From Raillietiella orientalis (lineage: Eukaryota), in assembly GCA_036172245.1 (NCBI GenBank), contig JAYWIR010000008.1, positions 620,001 to 684,000 of the forward strand: a stretch of DNA of 64,000 nt. The letters are read 5' to 3'. A program made the position numbers and the translations under genes. Below, in pieces: positions 28,400 through 39,379 of this stretch. Numbering within the stretch: the stretch's first letter is position 1; every line of letters begins with the position of its first letter. Below the pieces are notes generated by a model. It worked only from the letters and a program-made list of their open reading frames with translations, made no database searches and was not told the origin of the DNA.

Positions 28400-30700
28400 T
28401 TCTGTTTAAGCTTATTTTCTTAGTTTCCTACCCATGGAAAACATAGAGCCGTGTATTTGAATTAGATATTAAACAAATGCTGAAAGATATATCGTCAGAT
28501 TGTCGCATATTAATTACGTATAACCGAAAATTCGTAGAAAGATTTCTTTGCTTGTACAAACTTTGTTACCAGTTAATCTAATTATCCTTTGTTTATGCAA
28601 TTGGGAATTATTCCTGAAAGAAATGTCATTTTTTTTTTTTTTTTCATTTTTCAACTTTCATCAGAGTGCAAAAAAAATCTGGCTGCAAGAGTCCATATGC
28701 TTTCACAATTCTTTTTTCGAACTTTTGGATCACATTCAAAACATTTTTCAAAAACTGGAATGTATTAGTAGCGTTCTTCAGATTCTAAAATGAGTTTCAT
28801 GTAGTTTGCAGATCTGAAGAAATAAATAATGATACTTCTATACATTAATCGAAAATTCTTATGAAACTGGAAAACATGCGAGATTATTTATAGCAAAATT
28901 AGCCTACTCAAAGTAAAGAACCGCATCTGCATCTTAATGGTTCCAAAGCATCGGATTTTCGGTGAAATGAAAACAATTGTGGTGATCTTATAAAGTCTGT
29001 GCTCACTAGATTGACACTTAATTGCTAGTTAAAAACTGGAAAACTATGCTCTAAAAGGCAATCGAGTATGTGAGTTATTAGCCAACTTACTTGCTCTGCT
29101 TATTTATTTTCTTTTAGAGTAACCATTCTCATTTGCAGTTTCTATTCATCTACGTCATGAAATCGATTCTATCAAGATTGATGAAACCATTTATTGTGCC
29201 CATGATTTTCAGAGCAATATTCTAAACAAAATAATGCAAAGACTTTGAGGCACATACTTTATAAAATACAGACTAACTGCTTTGGGATTATTCTTTTATG
29301 CTCTTTGAGAAAATAACAGTCTGTAACGTGGATCAAACACATATAGGTTGTAAATGGTTTTATGAGCTCATCTTACTTCAGTTGGAGTTATTTCAAAGTT
29401 ATGCTAGCTGTGGGCGCGTATGCTTCCTAAATTGTCCTTGTATAAATTGTGAGTTGCAAAAAAATCTTTGAATTGCACCTAGCGTTCTTACACGGCTAGC
29501 CGCCAGCACAATGATATTGATAAAATTGATAATATTACGGTAGTAATAAGATCTATACCTAATAATTCGAAGAGACCCTCAAACTCCTTCCAAGGGTTTG
29601 CACTGTACACTCAATGAGTCTTTGAACAAACGCATCAGATTTGCATCATGCTTTCCGTATTATTACAAAGTTTATGATTTCTTAACGGGACAATTGTCTG
29701 AATGGGATTTTTGCAGAGCTGAAATTTTGATCGTTTGTAATAGCTTGCCATGCCAGTGCCAATTAAACCTACATTCGGTGGGGGGGAGGCCATTTTACTG
29801 TTTTTTGAAGTAGATTCCATTTTTACATTCTGCCGAAAGTCAGAATGATCACAAAATCCTGAAAGTTTCTAATTATTTTCCATTTGGAATTGTTACTAAG
29901 TAAAAAAAAGAAAGAAAGGAACTTAGAGATGTGGAGAATAACGAATAGGACATGTTTGTACCTTAGTGGCATTTGGACTAAAACATTGTTCCGAAGCTCC
30001 TTGACATTTTGGCAGTAAACTGTCTTCTACATTTGTGTCATGCTGAGCTCCACGTTCCACATATCAGCTGAAATATATATGAACGGAAAACCACAGTCGC
30101 TTCAAGACCGCAGATTAGCAGTTCATCATTCAGCTGGTTTGCAGTGCAAATGATAAAACTTAGTTTATAGGCATGCTGAAATTCCATGTTTAGTTTTATA
30201 AAGTTAGCTTATAAAAATTTTCAATTTATAGGATGATTTTGGATATAAAAAAAATTTTGAGGATTTGAGCACTTCAATGTCTCTTCAACAATTCAATGTA
30301 TATGTGTTTGTTTGTTTTTTAAAAAACAAACAGCAACAACCTTAGTCTTTACATCTAATGTATAGGATTTGAGAGAGAATCGAAGAAAATGCAGAATACA
30401 AGTGCTGCAGAAGAATTCTGTAATCATTAAACATCACTGTTGATCCTCAGTATGGAACGCGAATCTATGAAAGAAATTGCTGTCAAGTGCTAAGAAAGAT
30501 GTATTGCAAATGGGGTTTCAGCAGTGTATTGGGACTAAAAACAACAAGAAATTGATTTTTTCTAGTTGAGAAGGAATTGCAATTGTAAAGCTAGAAATTG
30601 AGACGCGTTGGCATTGAAGTAATTTCAATACTACAAATTCTATAGAGTATTGTGGATTAGAAACTAAATATGGGCTTCAGAGCTAAATTCTAAACAAGTG
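28400..30700 (+). pseudogene. Exon-structured but stop-riddled coding remnant, unidentified
   Basis: Series of pyrimidine-tract/AG...GT bounded purine-rich blocks (e.g. near 28665, 29140, 30232, 30366, 30566) with protein-like but interrupted frames. No family recognised. Confidence 0.25.
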
Positions 30701-32110
30701 ATTTCAAAGAGAATGATTTCAGATAGTGGATGATTGAATTACTGATAAGTTTCTACTTGATTTTCACGATGAAAATCATTAATAAAAGGCCGATCCAATT
30801 TTGCGGATTTTTCCTCATTTATCTTTAATGACCCAATGATAAGAGGCTTGAAGTACATCTGTAAGTCTGGTGATGCATGCATGATCGTTGCCTGATAAGT
30901 CAAGAGAGAATAACCATTGAAAAAGATGAGCTAAAAATTCCATTACACAGAACGTCGAAGAAAATCATAAAATTGGATTGGTTAGGTGATTCCTCATTGG
31001 ACCAACAAATGTTCCATAGGAAAAGAGTCAGACCCAAGTTGGATGCACCCATTGCCAGAGATGCAAAACAAGCAACAGAGATGAAATAGAAAGTTCCTCT
31101 GTGAGTGCATGCAGGGACAGACGCAGTTCAGTCATAGATATGCATATTTGAGTCATACATAGACATAAAGGCAAATAAGAGAGAACACAACAGGGAAACT
31201 GTGAGTTCCTCTACATCAAGTTGTAAGGCACACACTCAGAACCTGACGAGGGAATTTTGTAAATTATAATTCGTGTGAATGACCCCCAACAGGAACAACA
31301 TGACATGAGGCGCAGGAATAATAAATGCAAAATCAAACACAAAACGCAGCCTTTTATGATATTTGTCCTCATTGACATAGTTCTGAGCAGCTCATCATAA
31401 GGGGAGTATAGGAAGGCGGGAAACTTCAATGATTTGGATTGATTGAACTGGACTGCTATGATTTCTCTATTACTGAGCTTCGTTAACATTGTGAGAACGG
31501 CACATTCAGTTCGCCAATAAGCTGGGACTCATAAACTACAAGGTTTTTTTTTTTATGGATTGCAAAATGAGCCAAATGAGCGACCTTTACTTATTATTTT
31601 TGGAACTGAATGATGCTCAATATGAGGAAGAAACAAAATTCGTGATTGCAGGAAACATCTGACTCAACTAATATCGACGTGGACTGTAAGGTGGAGAAAG
31701 GACTCCATGGAGATACGATACAGGGAACCACTGCTCAAGTTTTCCCGTTTCTTGTGCGTGGATTTCTTATGGCTGTTCTTCCGTTCGTTTTTGCCTTCTG
31801 GGATCGGCATGTAATTTTCCAGCCATCAGTCGTTTGAACGCAAGGATGAAGAAGGTGTTCACGTGTTGAGAACACTTCATTCAGTTGAACGGAAGTCCAT
31901 ACCCACCAACATATCGACGAAAACGTGGATCACCGGACTTTGTGCAATTTGAACGGATGTTTTGCTTGTGGACTCGGATCAACAGCGAACTTTAAGTAAA
32001 TGTTAATGTCATCAATGAGGTGGATGTCTGCTATTCTTTTTTCAATACGTAGGAATCAATGATTCTGGAACGAACGAGCTAGCCTTCTGTCATGTTTTTT
32101 TTTTTTCCAG

Positions 32111-35100
32111 GTGCAGGCATCGATAGTTGGAAATGCTTACTGCCTAGCCTTTCTGAAAATCTATTGCAATGATGCTATAGGAATCAATCGTCAAATATGT
32201 ATTTTAATGAAGTCTGTTTTGCGGCTGTTATTTCGTGAATATCTAGCGGTGTTTCGTCTTACTGCGTTACAGATGTGGAGTTTTCTAGATCTATCCTATG
32301 TGACGATCTATTTCTTCTTCGCCGCAGGAGGTGAAGGAACTTGATAGAGCAATCCCTCGAGAGTAAACGATTTCATTTGCGTCATTTTGAATACATTGGA
32401 AAAAGGGAAAAAAAGCATTTTGAACTAAAGAAAAAATGAGTTTTTTTGTGCTCTTGTGTGAGGCCTCTGTGATTCCCTGTTGGAGTACCATCACACTTCC
32501 TTTCCATTGAAAACAAAAAACGAAGAGTTGTGTACTGATGGTTCTCGTCATCCATGGTGCTGTGTGTCTTTGGCTTCTGATTGGTACTTCCAATATCATC
32601 AATATCCGATACTCTCTAAGATGATAATATGCGTCTGTATATTATTCCAACGATAGGTGATGTAAGCTATGGCCGTGGTAACTGCATACTATGGAATATG
32701 TCAGTGTGTTGCCCTGTTGTTTGTTCTTAAGACTGAGGAGTGTTCCTTGCGTTTGTGGGAGAACCGCGATTTAAGTTTAGCGAAACGAAATCGCGATGTT
32801 GCGTGAAAAAAAACGAATATCATTTTTACAGAGATCATCGACCGGAGGAAGAAATGTTTCACTTCGGTTTCCTTAATGCAAATTTCTACAATGCGGAAGT
32901 CGATGAAAACCGTCAGAAATCTCGGAATGCATTCTTCTCTGATTATAACTCTACTTACAAACCCAGTTTCCAAACACAGATTTTTTTCCCTGTGGCTAAA
33001 ATAGTAGAGAGCACACGTTTTGTGGAAAACATACAGAAGAGCATTGAAGAACTGTTCCTGTGTGAGACTGTCTCACGAACTTTCCTGACTGGATGCCAAT
33101 TAAGCGATGGGGGCGTTTCAAACACGCGGACTGAGCATGTAGAGTAGGCGAGGATTCCTATTTGGTCATTAACTGACTATGGTTTTGTTCATGTTAGTTC
33201 ATCACCTCAGAGTGCTTCGTATTTTCAAAACATAGATGTTCCAGATATCCGGAGCTCAATCCATTCAAATCCCTTTTTTGAAGTCAATTCGATACGTCCA
33301 GTTCGGGATGCAAGAATCCTGGGACTGAAGGAGCTAGCGGATAAACAAATTGAATTTCGAATCGTAATGCTGCCTAGTAATTGGTCAATCTTTTCTTGGC
33401 TGAAGTAGATCAGAGATCGCTTTTAGATTTCTGAGGCAGAAATTTATTTTGATGCAAACTCTTTAATAACAACCGATGAGTAAAACCGAACGAAATTCTA
33501 AATTCAAAGTATCTTTCAGCCCTTTCGGACACTTTGCAATGTCGAACTTTCAATCTCCTTCTTAAAATAATGCGAAATGATTTCCTATCTTGAAGGCGGA
33601 TTACCCGGGACGATTTTTCGATCGGGCCTTTCGATTAAGAAATCGCGAGAGCATGCAAGAAAACACTTCATGGATCTGTGATCAATGGTTTGCAGAATGT
33701 GATGTACCTTCCTTGTCTTCATTGTACGCAGAAAACACCAGATATCGGTGCGTGCGAAGGTGGTGTTTGGGAAACGAACCCTTCCAAATTTGTAGTTTCT
33801 CTGGCTTAAACCCGCCGATGAGCTCTGAACAGATCATCACCCCAATCGAGTTGCCTGGATCAGGGAACCATCGAGCATATGAAGCTGCACACAGCGGATC
33901 AACCGATGGAACAAACGAAACGGAATTCAAATTTAAACGTGTGTTGTGTTTCGTGTAAATACAGGATTGGACCCCTTAAAAAGAATCAGAGAATTCGGGA
34001 AATTCCCGGCAGAGCCTCAAGGTACCTGATGAAGGATGGGGACTGGACAGCCCACCAGCCGAAACGGAACATCCAAGTACGATGAGTGACTTTTCCATCT
34101 CAAACCACTCCGTGATTAAGCGAATACACGAGTGCTCATCTGAGGGAATGAGACTTCAGAAAGCAGGAAGCACTTCAATGGAAGATACGGGTCAGGTACG
34201 GTGGTACATCCGTTGGAATGACACTTGATGGAATGGAAAGTCGCAAATCATTTGCAATTAAAGGAACGCGGTTTGAGGGACGGGAATTCACGGTTCACAT
34301 CGAGAACGTCCGACTTTCGTAAGTTCACCTTTGTGCAGACATCAGTAAAATTTCATTGCGTATTTGTAAACTTTCCGTTGCTGCACAGATTACCCTCCAA
34401 GAAATGAAGATCCTTAGGATCTGCTAGTTGAACTGCACGAAACTTCAATTTTGCAAATCCACAATCCCTTCAGATACGGAAAGCACACGGCCGTTATCTC
34501 AAAGAACATGAGAAACACCGCCAATTCGCCCTTCTAAGGTCAGCCATTCGTGTATATTGCAGTACGAAATCGAGTCGGTCACTTCGCCCGAGGTGCGAAT
34601 CAAGAGCCCCGAATACGAACGAGCTGCCTGCCCACCCCTTTGCTCCGCGTGTTATGTTTCACGAGAGGATCGTATTTAGGCTGCTTAGCTCAAAGGGAGG
34701 ATTTCCTCTTCTTCAAGATGTTCAACTTTGGGAGTGCGAAGAGACTTATCGTAATCACAAACAAACGGTAGATCCACGGCAACCCATTGTGTTCTTCTTT
34801 GATTGTGCTTCTTTCCTTTGAATTGCAAATCTGCTACACCACTCCAGTAAAAAATCCCACGTGAAGCTTCCCGAGCCTTTCCCTTTTCAAGGGGGCGGTT
34901 GCTTCTGGAAGTTTTCCTTTCGGCTTGATATGCGAGTAGTGGCTGGCAGCTGCCAACTTCCTGGACGTGATCGCCATTTGGTGTCAAATGAGCAGGAAGA
35001 TTGGCAAGAATACGTTCTTTGAGCCGTACCTTGCTTCATTCCAATGTACAGGAAACATACTGCAGGATATTTAAAAGCACGTTCAAAAGGGCCAGAGCGA

Positions 35101-35999
35101 ACTCGCGGAATGAGGTCCTCTTCTTCGTGCATTGCGTTCTTCTTCGTGTGCGCAACCGGATGGCATCCTGTTCCAAAGAAACGTACCGACGCCAAGCGTG
35201 GAATTTTCTGGAAGTTTCCGTACGTCAGCCACATTTGGGGAGGCAGCATCTTTAGCTTTCTTTGGGCACATTCAATTCAGGTCTTAAAGCATTATCATCT
35301 CTTGACTTGTTATCGCTGAAATGTCCCTCTGCACTGACCTCCATGGTCTCATATTCGGAGGGATCGAATGGAACTTGCACACTCAATGAAACAAAGATTG
35401 ATTTCGTTAATAGTAATGGCGTTGTGTTAGTAAAGTTATTCTTGTGTCAGTTTTCGTCATTTTCGGCAAGCTTTACATGTAAGGAGGAAGTGCAGAAGGC
35501 GAAGCAATATGGTACTCATCAAGGGATGGTAGCAAAGATGCAAAAGGGCGAATGAAATCGATAGATTTGTCATTAACGTTGGAGTCGTAATAGAGATAGG
35601 ACTTTGAAAAACATACGTAAAGTGTACTGACAACTTCAGATTTCACCAAGACTAACAGAGCGTCCTATGGAATTGGAAGATCTAAACAATGTTTGCTTCA
35701 GTAAAATAAATAGTAACTCATTACGTATAAAACAAAAACTACCAGCAACGTTCTTCGTTCGTAGATTTACAAATTGTGGAATTTTAAAAAGGGATCTGAG
35801 ATCCTCGCGTTCAATCTTATCGGAAGTCTTAGTCTTAGTGCTGACACGATAGATGCTGATCTTTGAAGCCCAAGGGAATGTGTCGGCTCTTGTCTCATTA
35901 AAGTCGCGTTCCGTTAGCGGGCATAATCGTGTTGTGCCTCATTCAAGTCTGCTGCGTTTTCCTTTCGCTTTGCTTATCTTTCATCACCTCCTCTCTCTC
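32111..35999 (+). CDS. Candidate upstream coding exons of the SHOC1-like gene
   Basis: Phase-compatible open exons, e.g. 32111-32198, about 32273-32330, 32832-33143, 33198-33363, about 34680-34767, about 34995-35114 and 35853-35999. Segments YLKEHEK and LARIRSLSRTLLHSNV are weakly reminiscent of the SHOC1 mid-region. Full chain and start codon not resolved. Confidence 0.4.
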
Positions 36000-36200
36000 G
36001 TAAGCTTCGATTCATGAAGTGTTCTCATCATTAAATACTTCATACGAAACATGCAGCCATGCAGCTTGCGATCATACGTCATAGGTGCGAATCGTAACGC
36101 GAGTAAACGGCTAGTGAAGCCGCAGTTCATTCATGCTTGAGAGTCCGCGTGCCCTGTGATCCGCTCCGATTAATTGTACTCTATTCCCACTGCCTTTCAG

Positions 36201-37973
36201 TACACGGGAGAACTCCTCACGAAAGACTCAAATCTGATATACGAAGAAGCGGAATCGTTCAAGGAAAAAATAGACAAAAAAATCAAGGAAGCTGTAAGAT
36301 GCCCCAAGGGTTTATCGGTCACCCGGCCCTGTCACAACTCGGCTCTGAACCTGTTTCTTTCGCTTCGGAAATCTTTGATGCGCGCCCATGAGGGCGGGGG
36401 CTCCTCCAATGACTGCAGGTCGGATCCGTGCGTCCCCGAGAACGAGACGCTCGAAATGGTGGAGGCAAATGAGATCCGTGAGCCTCTGATGAAAGATTAT
36501 TCTCCAAGTAAGCCAACGCATCCCGGAATCGAAAAGCAATTCCGCCTTCTCGAAACAGAGTTCGTCCCCCCCTTTTGTGTCTGCAATGCTGCGTTTGCTG
36601 GAATCCACACGCTGGGAGCTGTTCTCGAGAATAAACATGGCGTGAAAATCATCCCTTATGACTACAGGTTCCTTTTTCTGTTCCACTGACGACTCTATTG
36701 GCTGTGTAGCATTCTAACGGAGACGAGCGCCTCGTTTGTCTTTGAAGATGTTTCACTCAGTCCGAGCTCGGGATTCATCCTGTGCAGTGCAAGTGTGATC
36801 GAAGAGTCCCTGATGATGCTTCTGAAGAGAATAAATGGGTTGCTTTTAAAATTATCTGATTTAAAAATAGTCTTCACAGAGTGAGTGCTAGCTAGCAAAC
36901 TAATGGACCAACTGCGAGATGAAGCAGGAGAAAAAACAGTGACGAATTCAATACCAATCTGGCCAAGTTACATGTTGCTGTTGCGTCCGGTGAAGGAGGA
37001 GGATGCAAGGTTGACGTTCTTTTTGCTGCTACAGCTGAGCAGCTAGCTGATTGGATTGCTCTCTTCGCTCGCAAGGGTTTGCCAGCATCCCATCCGGACA
37101 TTAGCAACCACCTTGTAGTGAGTTTCTTGCCAAGGAACGATTTCAGTGATTTTGCTTACATTTGCCACATCGGTTTGATTTCGCGCACCACGGCCACGAA
37201 ATAGCAAAGATTAATATCGAGTTATTTGCTCCGTGCGACCCGGCTAAGAGGATGAAATCACCAAGAAATCACCCGTGCATGGAAGAGGATAAATATTAAG
37301 ACGCAATGAAATAAATAATAATGTGGAGACGTTTGTTGTATAGGTCGTCGATGAAAGCGCACAAATTCGTAAACTGCGAATCGGGAAGTCGGCACTTTTC
37401 GAATTTATGCTGCTTGCTGCAAAGGATGCTGTCGGAGCACGTTGCCATGCAGTTGCATCCGCGGCAACCGGATTTTTTTTTTTTTTATTTACATGTGCGA
37501 CTCGGTCCGCGGCAGCGCCGAGCCATTTTCACAGACCGCCCCTTAACGTTTGCTGCTACAACAGCATCACGGGCTGTGCGGTTGATCTTTAGGTGCTTTA
37601 GGCAGACTTCTTCATGTTGCGTTTTATAGACGACTATCGGTCGAATCAGGTGCGGAATCGCTGAGGATCGACAACTCAAGATTTAGCGATTACTGTCACT
37701 GTAAAGGAATCAACAAATGAAGATTCTCTCGTTTTAGCACAAGATGCAACTGCATTTTTCGTGTTTCAACGTTCTGGCTGCAGCTGCCTTACTCCGGAAC
37801 CGAAGTTTTCACGACCTCTCTCTGATGAAAGCGGAAGATATCCGGGCAGTGTTGCCAGATCTGAACGGTGCGGCTTTGGAGGTATGAACGTTGTTGTCTC
37901 ATGGATCAGACGGTCCACACGTAAATCACAGCTATTCGTAGAACAAAGGAAAAGTTTGCTGAAGAAACTGTGA
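36201..37973 (+). CDS. SHOC1: 3' exons of an inactive XPF/ERCC4 + HhH2 domain protein, SHOC1/Zip2-like meiotic crossover factor
   Basis: Exons 36559-36667, 36710-36880, 36928-37117, 37738-37881 and 37932-37973 join in frame via GT-AG introns of 42, 47, 620 and 50 nt. Spliced sequence: PFCVCNAAFAGIHTLGAVLENKHGVKIIPYDYS...DVSLSPSSGFIL...LLKRINGLLLKLSDLKIVF...NLAKLHVAVAS...KVDVLFAATAEQLADWIALFA...LHFSCFNVLAAAALL...LSLMKAEDIRAVLPDL...LFVEQRKSLLKKL*. This parallels the SHOC1 C-terminus as recalled. AATAAA follows at 37990. Confidence 0.62.
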
Positions 37974-37989
37974 TGCGTGCCTGTCAATG

Positions 37990-37995
37990 AATAAA
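37990..37995 (+). promoter_or_regulatory. Polyadenylation signal AATAAA of the SHOC1-like gene
   Basis: AATAAA 17 nt after the stop at 37973. Confidence 0.55.
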
Positions 37996-39379
37996 GAAAC
38001 CCGAAAGTGAAAAAGACCGTTGCCTTGCCGTCGAAAATTGTCGCGATTCGTAATATACATCGGTTGCTGAATGGAACTGTTTTTAAATGACAGTCTGAAA
38101 ACATCGCATACAGAACTGTTAGGACTTTTTCTTCTTCTTCTGACGTTTTATTCTGCCACGAAACATCAACGGATATACAAGGAATCGATGGTGGACATGG
38201 GGGCTAAGGGCTGTGGATTTGGTGGTCACGTTCCCCACTGGCAACAAACGCTTACATTTTCTTCAAACTGACTTTGTTTGAACGAATCCTAATTCGTGAT
38301 GCTACTGAGGCTGCGCCGGATTTCTCATAGAGGTAATCTCCATAGTTTCTCCTCAGTTTTTGCGGACGGATTTTTCCGACAGAGATGGGAATCATTCACG
38401 AACTTTCTTGAGGGCGATAACTGCTTCTCTATGTACATATTTGCACCCTGTACATTGTGATGAAGAATTTTCGTTACGATGGAATGATCATGAAATCGAA
38501 GATGTGCGGCAGTTCTGGGACAAAGTGTTCTCCCTAATCTTCCGTCGCTATGTGCTCTTTATACGTTACTAACAAAATCGATCGAAATCTCCAAAGGGAA
38601 CGTCACTTCGATCTTCTGAAGGGGGAGAAATATTTGGTGAAATTCATCCGTCGTGATGTGATTGCCGAAAATCAAGTTTCACTTCCGTTGTCTCCATAGT
38701 ATTCTGCGAAACACGGGGGGATCACACGATGGCAGATGACCAAAGGCGTGGTTTGTGTGCGTAACAAAACCACTGCGACACTTGTCGAAGGGAGTGTCGT
38801 GAATGCACGCGTTGGGGGATTCGGCCAGGAACGAGGTCCGCTCTTCAGCAGCGTTGGTCACCTGGGAGCGAGCCCCACATTCCGCTTAATCCTCGGACGG
38901 AACCGCATCCCTGTTTCCACTGGTTTTCTGAAATTGGGCAAAAAATCCGGCTCCGGAAGCTGCATTGTGGACATAAGCGGCTCGTGCAGGGATTGGGGGG
39001 TTTGATTATGGTTTTGTGCTTTTTAAACACTTTTGTTTGCTCAGGTGAATCTGCCAAACATCAAGCACGTTTGTGTCAGGAGGGAAGACGATGATCGGTG
39101 ATACTGATAAGCTTTCACTCTTGAAAGGCAATCTGTTTCCATTCAGTCGAGTAATCAAACCCTAGTAATGAATTCGTTGAAACTTGCCCTTTTTTTCGTC
39201 TTCTTTTCTTTTCATTTTTTTTTGAAAACATGCAGCTAATGTGTAAAGGCGATAAGAAGGTTGGCAAAAAAATCGTTCACATGAGAAAGTTGTGGGTCAA
39301 AAAAGTTCGGGCGGTTCAGCGACTGTTTCCAAAAAAAGAAATTTCCGAGAGTTTTCCAAACCTACGTGGGAGGCAGAAA

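Noticed and set aside
33790..34110. IITPIELPG and GWG motifs suggesting a trypsin-like protease
   Set aside because: No catalytic His or Ser motifs. The region lies among the candidate SHOC1-like exons.
36201..36293. SEA-domain-like appearance of YTGELLTKDSNLIYEEAESFKEK
   Set aside because: The downstream spliced exons fit XPF/HhH2 better, and there is no extracellular context.
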